Of a stretch of 59,117 bases of DNA, positions 1-10,288 are shown one piece after another; within the stretch, counting starts at the first letter, position 1, and every line of letters starts with the position of its first letter. The position numbers and the translations under genes are program-made. This DNA comes from a bacterium (GTDB lineage Bacteria > SZUA-182 > DTGQ01). The stretch is taken from contig JBFMGO010000002.1 in assembly GCA_040752695.1 (NCBI GenBank), positions 82,664-141,780 of the forward strand, written 5' to 3'. The notes under the pieces are model-generated. The model was not told the DNA's origin and made no database searches. It saw only the letters and a list, made by a program, of their open reading frames with translations.

Positions 1-2
1 AG

Positions 3-3000
3 ATACAGAGTGAAGGATTGCCAGCCCCAACCGCTACAGTTTTCCCTACACCGGAGGAGCGTAAGCTGGTTGCTGAGCCAGTTGTCCAGGATGCAGCACA
101 GCAAATTCCCCAGGATGCAGCCCGGCCAGTTTCTCAGGATACAGCCCAGCAGGGAGCTCAGGATGTAGCCAAGCAGATTGCTGAGACACAAAGTGAAGGA
201 TTGCCAGCCCCGACCGTTGAGGGTTCCCTTCCCCCAGATGAGAATAAGCTGGTTACTGAGCCAGTTGTTGCTCAAGATGTAGCACAGCAAGGAGCTCAGG
301 ATACAACTAAGCAGGTAGCTGAGACACAGAGTGAAGGATCACTAGCAACAACCGTTGAGGGTTCCCTTCCCCCAGAGGAGAGTAAGCTGGTTGCTGAACC
401 AGTTGCCCAGGATACAGCACAGCTAATTTCTCAGGGTGCAGCACAGCAGGTTTCTGAATATATAGCCCAGCAGGGAGCTCAGGATACAGCTAAGCAGGTA
501 GCTGAGACACAGAGTGAAGGATCACCAGCCCCGACCGTTGAGGGTTCCCTTCCCCCGGAGGAGAGTAAGCTGGTTGCTGAGCCAATTGTCCAGGATACAG
601 CACAGTCGGTTTCTGAGGATATAGCCCACCAGGAAGCTCAGGATGTAACCCAGCAGATAGCTCGGGATATAGCCAAACAGACTGCTGAGATACAAGGTGA
701 AGGGTCGCCAGCCCCAACCGCTACGGTTTTCCCTACATCAGAGGAGAGTAAGCAAGTTGCTGAGCCAGTTGCCCAGAATGCAGCCCAGCCGGTTTATCAG
801 GATGCAGCCCAGCAGATAGCTCAGGATGTAGCCCAGCAGGACGAGACACAGGGTGAAGCATTGCCAGCTCCAACCGTTGCAGATTCCGTTATACCACAGG
901 AGAATATTGTGGTTGCCGAGCCAGTTGTTCAGGATACAACTGAGCCAGTTGCCCAGAATGCAGCCCAGCCAGTTTCTCAGGATGCAGCTCAGCAGGGAGC
1001 TCAGGATGTAGCCCAGCAGGTTGCTGGGACACAGAGTGAAGGATTGCCAGCATCAGCCGTTGCCGATTCCGTTATACCAGAGGAGAGTAAGCTGATTGCT
1101 GAGCCAGTTGTCCAGGATGTAGACCAGCCGGTTGCTCAGCAGGCTGTCCTGTGTGAAGTATCGCAACCCCTAACCGGTTTGGATTCTCTCTCTCCTGAGG
1201 AAAGTAAGCAGGTTGTTCAGATGGGTATCCAATCAGGTATCCAGCCGGAAGTCCAGACACAGAGTGCAGAATTGTCAGATCCAGCCGCTCTGGGTCCCTT
1301 TTCTCCTGAGGAGAGTAGGCCAGTCGCCCGGCCTATTGTGCAGAGTGCAGGATCACCAACCCCAACTAATGTTGTTCTTCTTCCTCCTGAAGACGGTGAG
1401 CAAAGTGCTCAGCCGGTCGCCCAACCGGTTGCTCAGCAGGCCGCCCAGGATGCAGCTCAGCAGGTAGCTGAGAAGCAGAGTGAAGGGTTGCCAGCTCAAA
1501 CTGCTGCTGATTCCCTTCCTCCTGCGGAGAGTAATCAGGGTGCACAGCCGGTTGCTTGGCAAGTTGCTCAGCAGGATGCACAGCCGGTTGCCCGGCAAGA
1601 TACCCAGCAAGTTACACGGCTGGTTGTTCAGCAGGATGTTCAGCCGGTCGCCCAACCTGTTACTCAGCAGGATGCACAGCCAGTCCCCCAACTGGTTGCC
1701 CAGATGGTTGCCCAGGATGTAGCTCAGCCTGCGGCCCAGATACTGAGTGAAGGGTCTTCAGCTCAAACCGTTGCGGTTTCCCTTTCTTCTGGGGAGAGTA
1801 AACAGGCTGTTCAGTCAATTGTTCATCCGGATGCTCAAGAGGCGAGCAATCAATCTGCTCAGCCGGCTGCCCAAGAGGTAACTCAGCCGGTTGGCCAGCA
1901 GGCAGTGCGGCTGGTTGCCCAGACACAGAATGAAGGATTTCCAACCCTGACTGTTACAGCTTCCCCCTCACCGGAGGAGAGTAATCAATTTGCTCAACCG
2001 GTTGGCCAAGAGGTAACTCAACCGGTTGGCCAAGAAGTAACTCAACCGGTTGGCCAAGAGGTAACTCGGCAGATTGACCGTCAGACAGCCCGGTCGGTCG
2101 CTCAGCAGACAACCCAAGGTGCAGGATCGCCAGCCCTAACTGTTGCGGATTCCCTTTCTCCTGGGGAGAATCAGCGCATTATCCATCAGGTTATCCATCA
2201 GGTTGCCTGGCAGATTGCCCATCAGGTTGCCCGGCAGATTAACCAGAATATTGACCACCAGGACCAGATTGCATCGCAGTCCAGTGCCCAAATGCAGAAT
2301 AATGGCCACAGCATGATCATTCACTTCCGTTTGGGTAATTCCTATTCAGGTGATTTCCATCGGGATAACCTCCATGGTAACCTCCATTCGGTTAGCCCCC
2401 CGATGAATAATTTTCAGCCGGACGATTTCCATCTGGACAACACCAATTCGGACGAATCCCAGCCGGAGCATCTGGGTATGTTGCATACTAATCTGGAGTT
2501 AAAGGAAAATACGCTCATGGTTCATCTTGTGGTTGAAAGTCAGATAACGGAAAATCAGATAGCGGAAAATTCACAAATCCAACAGCCATCGGCCATTGAG
2601 GAAATTTTGGAGGAGAATCTTACATCCCTGAAATCGTCATTGACCAGGCATCTGGCTGATCGGGGGATAGATATAGAGCAATTATCACTATCTATTGGTA
2701 AAATGAAAACAGATCAAGACAGACAAACAACCGGAGAGGGAGAAATACAGCCAGCAAACGAGCGGTTTTCACTTGCAGAGAATGGGGAATCGCCATCAGC
2801 GACCAGTGAATACGGCCTATCCTCTCCCCCTGCTCGTCTTTCTCCTTATCAAAAAGATGCGGATTCAAAGACTTTATCCGGGAATATGAGTCCCAAGGAG
2901 AAGCAGTCACCTTCTTACCTCGAAAAGTTTAAAGCTGAATTCATAGAAAAGCCCAAAGCAGAATTTCCCGTCAAGGCAGAATCCTCTGTCAAGGCAGAAT

Positions 3001-3770
3001 TTTCCATCAAAGCAGAGTCTTCTGTCAAGGCAGAATTTCCCGTCAAGGCAGAATCTTCTGTCAAAGCTGTACCTTCTGCCAAGACGGAATCTTCTACTAA
3101 AGCGGAATTTGCTGCCAAAACTGAACCTCTTGCCGTAGGTGAATCTTCTGCCAAGGTTGAATCCTCTGCCAAAGTTGAATCTTCTGCCCTGTTCGACGAT
3201 AAAAAGGCCGCGGTTTTTATGAAACATCCCGGCCAACCGATCCGTGCACAGAGTGCAGGACAGTCAGCAAACCCGGCCACTGCGGGCTCTCTGCGTTCCG
3301 AGGAGATTGTCCAGCAGATCATGCCCCGAATCAGCGCTCATCTTCAAGATGGTGGCAGCAGATTGACCGTTGACCTTTATCCCGAGCACCTTGGCAAGCT
3401 GCATATCAATCTGGAGTTGAAGGAATCCGATGCCAATGGCCCAGGTGCTCTTAGGATTCATCTTGTAGCAGAAAGCCCGGAAACCCGAAAGATGCTGGAA
3501 GAGAATCTCACTCCTTTGAAGCAGGCACTGGCCAGGAATCTGGCTCATCAGGGAATAGATATGGAACAATTTTCCGTATCCCTTGGGGGAAGCGGCAGCA
3601 GCGGTCAGCAAGGTGGGGAGGGCAGGTTTGCCGGATATCCAGGGAAAAGGGAGCAAAGGTTAAAGGATATACCCGCTTCCAAGACTATCAGTTCATCTTT
3701 TGGCCAGATGGGGAAACAAAGTGGAGATCTGTCAAGGACCATTGAAAATGGGATTAACTATTTAGCTTAG
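3..3770 (+). CDS. fliK: Flagellar hook-length control protein FliK, very large and repetitive; 5' end lies outside the window
   Basis: The frame is open from base 3 (IQSEGLP...). The C-terminal FliK motif reads LYPEHLGKLHINLEL...LEENLTPLKQAL...GIDMEQFSVS. The gene lies immediately upstream of flgD. Confidence 0.85.
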   Translation: MQSEGLPAPTATVFPTPEERKLVAEPVVQDAAQQIPQDAARPVSQDTAQQGAQDVAKQIAETQSEGLPAPTVEGSLPPDENKLVTEPVVAQDVAQQGAQDTTKQVAETQSEGSLATTVEGSLPPEESKLVAEPVAQDTAQLISQGAAQQVSEYIAQQGAQDTAKQVAETQSEGSPAPTVEGSLPPEESKLVAEPIVQDTAQSVSEDIAHQEAQDVTQQIARDIAKQTAEIQGEGSPAPTATVFPTSEESKQVAEPVAQNAAQPVYQDAAQQIAQDVAQQDETQGEALPAPTVADSVIPQENIVVAEPVVQDTTEPVAQNAAQPVSQDAAQQGAQDVAQQVAGTQSEGLPASAVADSVIPEESKLIAEPVVQDVDQPVAQQAVLCEVSQPLTGLDSLSPEESKQVVQMGIQSGIQPEVQTQSAELSDPAALGPFSPEESRPVARPIVQSAGSPTPTNVVLLPPEDGEQSAQPVAQPVAQQAAQDAAQQVAEKQSEGLPAQTAADSLPPAESNQGAQPVAWQVAQQDAQPVARQDTQQVTRLVVQQDVQPVAQPVTQQDAQPVPQLVAQMVAQDVAQPAAQILSEGSSAQTVAVSLSSGESKQAVQSIVHPDAQEASNQSAQPAAQEVTQPVGQQAVRLVAQTQNEGFPTLTVTASPSPEESNQFAQPVGQEVTQPVGQEVTQPVGQEVTRQIDRQTARSVAQQTTQGAGSPALTVADSLSPGENQRIIHQVIHQVAWQIAHQVARQINQNIDHQDQIASQSSAQMQNNGHSMIIHFRLGNSYSGDFHRDNLHGNLHSVSPPMNNFQPDDFHLDNTNSDESQPEHLGMLHTNLELKENTLMVHLVVESQITENQIAENSQIQQPSAIEEILEENLTSLKSSLTRHLADRGIDIEQLSLSIGKMKTDQDRQTTGEGEIQPANERFSLAENGESPSATSEYGLSSPPARLSPYQKDADSKTLSGNMSPKEKQSPSYLEKFKAEFIEKPKAEFPVKAESSVKAEFSIKAESSVKAEFPVKAESSVKAVPSAKTESSTKAEFAAKTEPLAVGESSAKVESSAKVESSALFDDKKAAVFMKHPGQPIRAQSAGQSANPATAGSLRSEEIVQQIMPRISAHLQDGGSRLTVDLYPEHLGKLHINLELKESDANGPGALRIHLVAESPETRKMLEENLTPLKQALARNLAHQGIDMEQFSVSLGGSGSSGQQGGEGRFAGYPGKREQRLKDIPASKTISSSFGQMGKQSGDLSRTIENGINYLA
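2931..3190 (+). repeat. 18-bp in-frame tandem repeat (KAEFPV/KAESSV hexapeptide) inside fliK
   Basis: About 13 degenerate copies of aaggcagaat(t/c)(t/c)(c/t)c(c/t)gtc. Confidence 0.9.
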
Positions 3771-3780
3771 AAGTAATGAT

Positions 3781-3839
3781 CCAGTTATCGCAGCTATAAG
3801 TAGCCAGTTATCGCAGCTATAAGTAGCCAGTTATCGCAG
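3781..3839 (+). repeat. 23-bp tandem repeat (about 2.6 copies) between fliK and flgD
   Basis: ccagttatcgcagctataagtag twice, followed by ccagttatcgcag. Confidence 0.95.
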
Positions 3840-3869
3840 GCATACGTTCATATCAACAAGGAGAGATAC

Positions 3870-4565
3870 ATGCAAGCATCCAGATTATTCGGATCAACCA
3901 TCCCCACTGTGGCCAGTGATACGACTTCAAAGACTAAGGACCTGGATAAGGATGACTTTTTGAAACTTCTTATGACTCAGATGCAAAATCAAGATCCGTT
4001 AAATCCATTGGATAATACGGAATTTCTATCCCAATTGTCCCAATTCAGCCAGCTTGAGCAAATCTTTAATGTCAATCAAGGCATCGAGGGTCTGGCATCG
4101 TCACAAGGCTCTCTACGTGATGCGATGCTGGCTAATCTTCTGGGCAAAACGGCCAGGGTAGAGGCATCAGACGTTTATCTGAAAGATAACAACACCATTG
4201 ACTTTTCCTATGAATTGGAGAATCGCACGGGAAGGGTCACTATTAATATCTATGATGCAGACAGTAATTCGGTGAGGCTCATTCAGGAATCCAACCTGGA
4301 CAGCGGGCAGCATCAGGTCAATTGGGATGGAAAAGATCAAAGTGGGAAAAAGCTCCCGGAGGGGAAATATACTATTGAAATAACGGCCGATAATCTGGGG
4401 GAGGATAGTTGGATCAGTCCCTGGATGCTCGGACCGGTTCAGGAAGTTATTTTTTCTCAGGGGAGTGACCCCCTGGTACGGGTAAACGACCAACTCGTGC
4501 CAATCTCTCGAATTATGCAAATCGGTGAACAGGTACCAGCAGTCAGCAACAGCAGCCAATCTTAA
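3870..4565 (+). CDS. flgD: Flagellar hook capping protein FlgD
   Basis: LDKDDFLKLLMTQMQNQDPLNPLDNTEFLSQLSQFSQLEQ motif; WDGKD..G...PEGKY; RBS aaggag. Confidence 0.95.
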   Translation: MQASRLFGSTIPTVASDTTSKTKDLDKDDFLKLLMTQMQNQDPLNPLDNTEFLSQLSQFSQLEQIFNVNQGIEGLASSQGSLRDAMLANLLGKTARVEASDVYLKDNNTIDFSYELENRTGRVTINIYDADSNSVRLIQESNLDSGQHQVNWDGKDQSGKKLPEGKYTIEITADNLGEDSWISPWMLGPVQEVIFSQGSDPLVRVNDQLVPISRIMQIGEQVPAVSNSSQS

Positions 4566-4594
4566 CGACTAGAGAACGATGAGGAGGAAACCAC

Positions 4595-5767
4595 ATGCTA
4601 GGTTGTTTAACCACAGGTGTCAGCGGGTTGAGTGCCAATAACAGTGACATGTCCGTAATCGCCAATAACATTGCCAATGCCAATACTACTGCTTATAAAT
4701 CCCAGAGGTCGAATTTTGCGGATGTTCTCTCTCAGCGGTTCGGAGATCTGGAAGTCGGAAGCGGTGTCAGCGTTTACAGCATTTCTTCAATGTCGAATCA
4801 GGGTCCTATGAATGCCACCAATAATGTGACTGATCTGGCCATTGACGGGGCCGGGTTCTTTGTCGTGAAGGATAACTCCGGAACATACTACACCAGGGCG
4901 GGGCAATTCCATGTTGATAAAGACGGTAAGCTGGTTACTCCCAAGGGGTGTGCGGTTCAAGGCTGGGACCTGCGGTCGAACAGTGGTACAGCCAGCCTTC
5001 CATCGGATATCGACATTTCAGATGTTTCTCTCCCCCCCAAGGCCACCGAAACTATTTCAATGGGAGTGAATCTGGCATCCGACGACGATGCAATAACGGC
5101 TACTTTCGATCTGGAGGATTCCACTACCTACAATAAAGCCTTTTCTGTACCTGTATACGACGATTTGGGTAATGCACATAACGTCACCCTTTACTTCCAG
5201 AAAACTGCTGAAGACCAATGGACATGGTATGCATCCGATGGAGGCACCTATTTGGATGGGCAGACCGGTAATCTTGATTTCACGGCAGAGTCCCTGGCTG
5301 AAGGTACTATTACTATCGACGGATTGAGTATGACTATCGATTTTTCAGATACCACTCAATTTGGTTCTACCTATTCCATGAACTCTATCGATCAGGATGG
5401 TTATGAAGCTGGATCCCTGAAAAGGATCTCAGTCACCCAACAGGGAGTGATCCAGGCGATACTTACCAATGGCCGTGCTCAGGATATCGCCCTTATCGCA
5501 CTGGCTGATTTCAAGGATCCGGATGGTTTAATGAAGGTAGGAGATAATCTCTACCTGTTTACCCCGCAATCCGGACAACCGGTTATCAATCCACCCGAAA
5601 CAGGGGGCAAGGGCAGAATTCTTGCCTATTATCTGGAAGGTTCAAATGTGGATCTGGCTGCTGAATTTGTGAGGATGATCGTTACCCAGCGCGCCTTCCA
5701 GGCTAATGCTCGAACCATCACCACTGCTGATCAGATGCTGACGGAATTGGTGAACCTGAAACGGTAA
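4595..5767 (+). CDS. flgE: Flagellar hook protein FlgE
   Basis: VIANNIANANT, DLAIDGAGFF, YTRAGQF, LEGSNVDLAAEFVRMIVTQRAFQANAR. Confidence 0.95.
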   Translation: MLGCLTTGVSGLSANNSDMSVIANNIANANTTAYKSQRSNFADVLSQRFGDLEVGSGVSVYSISSMSNQGPMNATNNVTDLAIDGAGFFVVKDNSGTYYTRAGQFHVDKDGKLVTPKGCAVQGWDLRSNSGTASLPSDIDISDVSLPPKATETISMGVNLASDDDAITATFDLEDSTTYNKAFSVPVYDDLGNAHNVTLYFQKTAEDQWTWYASDGGTYLDGQTGNLDFTAESLAEGTITIDGLSMTIDFSDTTQFGSTYSMNSIDQDGYEAGSLKRISVTQQGVIQAILTNGRAQDIALIALADFKDPDGLMKVGDNLYLFTPQSGQPVINPPETGGKGRILAYYLEGSNVDLAAEFVRMIVTQRAFQANARTITTADQMLTELVNLKR

Positions 5768-5904
5768 TCGGCATCAGGAGCTTGACCATTGATATATCCC
5801 GATATACTCCGAGTGGTTAAAACACGCGCTCATATTTTACCGGGCAATAACACCGAGGAATTAGCACCTTTAGTACATGGCACGTTAAGTACGCGGCCAG
5901 TTAG

Positions 5905-5931
5905 CTCCCTCTCCCCTTTGGGGAGAGGGGG
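5905..5931. repeat. GC-rich palindromic REP-like element
   Basis: ccctctcccc-ttt-ggggagaggg hairpin in the flgE-flgF spacer. Confidence 0.75.
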
Positions 5932-6044
5932 ATTCAAAGCACGGTAAACTGGTCAGGTAATTTCCGCGACTCGTACTCAGCGAGGGGGTCACTTATTACA
6001 CATATACTTTGGTATATATAAGGGGACAACCAGGGAGGAAGCAC

Positions 6045-6737
6045 ATGGATATTGGAATGTACCGGGCCGTGTCCGGCTGCGTGGTCCAGCAGGAAAAGCT
6101 GGATGCAGCGAGTATGAACATGGCCAACGCCAATGATATTGGCTATAAATCTATCCACCTGAGTGTAGGGTTCAACAACGGTGCAGCTCAGGTAGACGGC
6201 AAGTTTATGGATTTTTCCGAGGGGTCCAGGCAAAATACCAATAATAAATTGGATCTGGCCCTGGAGGGAGATGGCTTTTTTGTAGTGCAAACTCCGCAGG
6301 GGCCAGGTTATACCCGGAAAGGAAACTTATCTCTGAACGCCCAAAACGTTCTGGTTACTCAGGATGGATTGCCCATCCTTGGGCAAAATGGGCCTGTCCG
6401 GATCATGGGAAACGATATCAGCATCAGCAGCGACGGTGCCGTCCAGGTAGATGGCCTTGAAGTGGATAAACTGCGTCTGGCCACTTTTCCCCGGCCCTAT
6501 CCATTTGATACGAAGAGCGGTACATTGTTCTTCCCTACCGGTCAGGGTGTTCGGGAGAGACCTGCCCAGGGGGTTGTTGTCCAGCAGGGCCAGGTTGAGC
6601 TTTCCAATACCAACTTGATGAAAGAAATGACCAGACTCATTGAGATATCGGCCAGTTATGAATCGTGCCAGAAGGTTATGCAGACGGTTGACGAAATGGA
6701 TCAAAAGATTATCAGTGAAACCAATAAGGTGCAGTGA
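6045..6737 (+). CDS. flgF: Flagellar basal-body rod protein FlgF
   Basis: DLALEGDGFFVV, YTRKG, ELSNTNLMKEM; position before flgG; ATG at 6045 follows RBS gggagga. Confidence 0.9.
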   Translation: MDIGMYRAVSGCVVQQEKLDAASMNMANANDIGYKSIHLSVGFNNGAAQVDGKFMDFSEGSRQNTNNKLDLALEGDGFFVVQTPQGPGYTRKGNLSLNAQNVLVTQDGLPILGQNGPVRIMGNDISISSDGAVQVDGLEVDKLRLATFPRPYPFDTKSGTLFFPTGQGVRERPAQGVVVQQGQVELSNTNLMKEMTRLIEISASYESCQKVMQTVDEMDQKIISETNKVQ

Positions 6738-6759
6738 GGAGAAGGGGCAGAGGTATCCT

Positions 6760-6895
6760 CTTGATTCGTCGGTTCTGATTCTTGATTCCTGATTTCTGAT
6801 CTTGATTTCTGATCTTGAATCCTGATTTCTGATTCTTGATTTTTGACTCCTGAACCCTGACTCCATCCTGACTCCTGAATTAATCCTGACTCCAT
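6760..6895. repeat. Degenerate heptamer tandem array (ctgattt/ctgactc)
   Basis: Visible 7-bp periodicity between flgF and flgG. Confidence 0.85.
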
Positions 6896-6994
6896 TATTT
6901 TAAATTTTACATCCTGATTTTACAAATAAACGAAAGAAGAGTAACCTTGTTGACTCCCCCTTTTTCTGAAGGGGGCTTGGGGGGATTTTCAAAG

Positions 6995-7783
6995 ATGATT
7001 CGTTCTCTCTGGACCTCTGCTTCTGGGATGGAAGCCCAAACTCTTAATATCGATGTCATCTCAAACAATTTGGCTAATGTCAATACGACCGGTTTCAAGC
7101 GAAGCCGGGCAGACTTTCAGGATCTCCTGTACCAGACACTCCGGCCGGCCGGGGCGCCATCTTCTTTAGGCACCCAGGTTCCCACTGGCATCGAGCTGGG
7201 GCAGGGGGCCAGAACCGTCGCTGTACAAAAGCTTTTTTTGCAGGGGGATTACCAAAAAACGGAAAACGAGCTCGATGTAGCTATCGAAGGGGATGGTTTC
7301 TTCCAGGTTATAAAACCCAACGGCGATATGGCTTATACCCGCTCCGGAGCCTTCAAACTGGACAGCCAGGGCAGGCTGGTGACCTCCGACGGGTTCGTGA
7401 TAGCGCCAGAAATCACTATTCCTTCTGATACCGAGAAGGTCAATATCGGCTCTGACGGGCTTGTTTCGGTCAAGCTGGCTGGCCAGAATACCTTTACCGA
7501 ACTGGGAAACATCGAGGTGGTAACGTTCCCTAATGCTTCCGGCCTCAGCAGCGCAGGCCGAAATCTCTACGAGAGAACCGATGCCTCCGGTGACCCGGTC
7601 GCAGGTACACCGGGCCAGGATGGCCTGGGAACTATCGCTCAAGGCTACCTAGAGATGTCAAACGTCAGCATTATGGAGGAAATGGTCAATATGATTGTTG
7701 CCCAGAGGGCTTACGAGATCAATTCCAAGGCCATGCAAACCGCAGACGAAATGATGCGCCTTGCCAGTAATGTGAAGAGATGA
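6995..7783 (+). CDS. flgG: Flagellar basal-body distal rod protein FlgG
   Basis: [15 protein letters not shown]...[25 protein letters not shown]...[24 protein letters not shown]. Confidence 0.97.
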   Translation: MIRSLWTSASGMEAQTLNIDVISNNLANVNTTGFKRSRADFQDLLYQTLRPAGAPSSLGTQVPTGIELGQGARTVAVQKLFLQGDYQKTENELDVAIEGDGFFQVIKPNGDMAYTRSGAFKLDSQGRLVTSDGFVIAPEITIPSDTEKVNIGSDGLVSVKLAGQNTFTELGNIEVVTFPNASGLSSAGRNLYERTDASGDPVAGTPGQDGLGTIAQGYLEMSNVSIMEEMVNMIVAQRAYEINSKAMQTADEMMRLASNVKR

Positions 7784-7816
7784 TGGGGCTGTTTCTTATA
7801 CCATCTCTCCATTCAA

Positions 7817-9211
7817 TTGAAGGATAAATATCCACTTCGAAAGAAGGCGGAGGAATTTTCAGATAAAATGGGTACAAAGGTTAAAAAAAAGGTTGAAGCA
7901 AACAGTGAAGCTGAGATAAAAGCAAACGGTGAAGCTCATGGAAAAGATAAGCCAGTCAGAAAGCACAGGATAGACAGGCCGTATTGCCTGGTTCTGCCCC
8001 GCCTGAGCTTTCTGCTTACGGCTGTTTTGCTCTTGTTTTTCTGGCAGAGCCACTGCCAGTTATCGCTATCCCATGCTGCAATCAGCTCCGATAGTACGAT
8101 TCAAAGTAACTCGGTACCTCCCTCTCCCCGGCGGGGAGATGGCCGGGGTGAGGGGAGGAAGGCCAGCGACAGCAGAACTGAAGGCGGCAAGGCCAACAGC
8201 ACCAGGACTGATGACGGCAAGGCCAGCGGCGGCAGAACTGATGGAGGAACTGATGGAGGAACTGATGGAGGTAAGGCCAGCGGGAAGATTATCGTTTCCC
8301 TTAAAGAGCGCGCTCAAGCAGGTGGAGAAATGATCCTTTTGGGTGAGATCGTTCAATTCCGGGCTGATGATGAGACACTGGCGGCAGAATTAAGCCTGAT
8401 CCCTTTACGGAAATCTCCCCGGCCAGGCGCTACCATAGTCATAACGTCTCAGAGTGTCCTTTACCAGATTAAAAACTATCTCAACCAGCAGCGCACGAAC
8501 CATCCTCAGTGGTATGCGTTGTCCGATATATTGACGGTTTCCGGTTCTGATCAGTGCCTGGTCAGCAGGCAATATCAGGAGATTACGGCTGAAGACGTAG
8601 AGCACCTCTTTCGAGAGCGGTTCTTCGAACAGTTTTCCAGAGAGGAATTCGAACTGGAGAAGGTTAAGGTTTTCCTTCCCCAACCAGTTAAGGTCCCGGA
8701 TGGAAACATAGAATACGAAACTTCTTTTTCGGAATATCCGAGCCGGCAAGAAGAGAATTTTGTCCTTAAGATCCAGCAGGATAGAGAGGTGATCAAACAG
8801 ATATGGATTTCGGCCAGGATTCGATACCATCGCACGATTTTGGTAGCGGCGAGGGACCTTGGAAAAGGTGAGACTATCACCTCGGCAGATGTAACTCGAA
8901 AAGATGTGGTTCTTGATCGCCCTGATCCTGACCAGATCGATGATCCTGGCCGAATCACAGGTATGGTTTGCCGACAGCCAATCAGGGAGGGCAGCACGCT
9001 GAATCTTAAAATGCTCGAACAGCCCCTCATGGTCAAGAGAGGAGCCATTATCAAAATGACGGTCGAGAGTAAAACCCTTCGAATCGTGGGGCTTGGAAAA
9101 GCCAAATCAGATGGCCGCCAGGGGGAAATCATCCCTGCTGAAAATCTGACTTCACAGAGCAATGTTTATGGAGTAGTCACTGGTGAAAATCAAATTCGCA
9201 TTACCTTTTAA
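7817..9211 (+). CDS. flgA: P-ring formation chaperone FlgA with N-terminal extension (start uncertain)
   Basis: C-terminal SAF domain (VAARDLGKGETITSADV...MVKRGAII...GKAKSDGRQGEIIPAENLTS); lies between flgG and flgH. Confidence 0.85.
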   Translation: MKDKYPLRKKAEEFSDKMGTKVKKKVEANSEAEIKANGEAHGKDKPVRKHRIDRPYCLVLPRLSFLLTAVLLLFFWQSHCQLSLSHAAISSDSTIQSNSVPPSPRRGDGRGEGRKASDSRTEGGKANSTRTDDGKASGGRTDGGTDGGTDGGKASGKIIVSLKERAQAGGEMILLGEIVQFRADDETLAAELSLIPLRKSPRPGATIVITSQSVLYQIKNYLNQQRTNHPQWYALSDILTVSGSDQCLVSRQYQEITAEDVEHLFRERFFEQFSREEFELEKVKVFLPQPVKVPDGNIEYETSFSEYPSRQEENFVLKIQQDREVIKQIWISARIRYHRTILVAARDLGKGETITSADVTRKDVVLDRPDPDQIDDPGRITGMVCRQPIREGSTLNLKMLEQPLMVKRGAIIKMTVESKTLRIVGLGKAKSDGRQGEIIPAENLTSQSNVYGVVTGENQIRITF

Positions 9212-9212
9212 T

Positions 9213-10142
9213 ATGTCTCTGTTATCCCCGCGCAGACTGTCCCCGCAATCCTTGAGGGGGAAGCGGGAATCCGGTACGATCGCTGTTCATCATCATGATC
9301 TCCCTCTCCCCTCTGGTGAGGGAGACGGGGCGAAGGGGAAGAGGTCATTCGCGCTAGGATCATCCACGTTGGGATCATCCACTCCTGGATCATCTGCGCT
9401 AGGGCTATTCGCTTCAGGGCTATTCGCTTTAGGTATTGTGTGCGGGTGTGTCGGAAGCAGCCAAAACTTGAACCATCGGCCACCTTTCGCCTTACAGCCT
9501 GAGAGCTTGCAGAGTGCTCCTCTTTCACCGGGAGTTCAGGGAGCCCATGCAGCGGCAGATGAAGCACCTCCTTTGGTGAGCGACGGCTCTATCTGGAATG
9601 ATGCTTCAGCTTCCGGGTATCTTTTTGCTGATCCGAAAGCAAGGTCAGTGGGAGACATTGTCACGGTGAATATTGTGGAAAATGCCAGCGCCAAGGGCAA
9701 TGCAAGCACCAAAACAGGGAAAAAATATTCTGCATCAGCAGGTATTCCCTCTCTGTTAGGCATTGAAAAATCCGTGGCCAGTCACAATCCTGATCTGGAC
9801 CCATCCAGTTTGCTGAGCGCTTCAACCAGTAACAGCTTCGACGGCTCAGGCGAAATCAGCAGAAGCGGTAAAATCACGGCCACGATCAGTGGCCGCGTTA
9901 TCCGTGTCCTGCCTAACGGTGATCTGGTCATACGGGGCACCAGGCAGGTGATCATCAACAACGAACAGCAGCTTATCACAATCCAGGGAATCATTCGCCC
10001 GGAAGATCTTTCCCCCGACAATACTATTCCTTCCACCTCCATCGCCGATGCACAGATAGCCTATACCGGTAAAGGGATAGTGAGCGATAAGCAGCATCCG
10101 GGCTGGCTGAGCAGGGTCATGGACATAGTCTGGCCATTTTAA
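9213..10142 (+). CDS. flgH: Flagellar L-ring lipoprotein FlgH (start uncertain)
   Basis: LFADPKARSVGDIVTV, VLPNGDLVIRG, GIIRPEDL, GWLSRVMDIVWPF; lipobox-like VCGC. Confidence 0.93.
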   Translation: MSLLSPRRLSPQSLRGKRESGTIAVHHHDLPLPSGEGDGAKGKRSFALGSSTLGSSTPGSSALGLFASGLFALGIVCGCVGSSQNLNHRPPFALQPESLQSAPLSPGVQGAHAAADEAPPLVSDGSIWNDASASGYLFADPKARSVGDIVTVNIVENASAKGNASTKTGKKYSASAGIPSLLGIEKSVASHNPDLDPSSLLSASTSNSFDGSGEISRSGKITATISGRVIRVLPNGDLVIRGTRQVIINNEQQLITIQGIIRPEDLSPDNTIPSTSIADAQIAYTGKGIVSDKQHPGWLSRVMDIVWPF

Positions 10143-10288
10143 CCTGTTCATGTTCATTTTAATCTGCTCATGTGGACCTGCTCATGTCAAATGAGCCAGA
10201 TCACCTTGATAGTGCTGAAGCTTGTTCCCTCAGATGTTATGAGCAGATATAGATATGTGAGCAGCTATCTATAGCTGCTTAAGGAGAA

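Noticed and set aside
1556..1750. Cys-rich ORF (CSAGCTAGC) as a RiPP or metallothionein
   Set aside because: It is an alternative-frame reading of the fliK 12-bp repeats.
18..2140. Repeat-plus-variable-segment pattern in fliK as a CRISPR-like or cassette array
   Set aside because: It is all in one open frame with codon-multiple unit lengths, so it is a protein repeat.
3781..3839. 23-bp direct repeats as a CRISPR array
   Set aside because: The repeats are contiguous with no spacers, and there are no cas genes.
5877..5893. Sigma-54 promoter before flgF (TGGCACG)
   Set aside because: The -12 position reads GTAC rather than TTGC; too weak to call.
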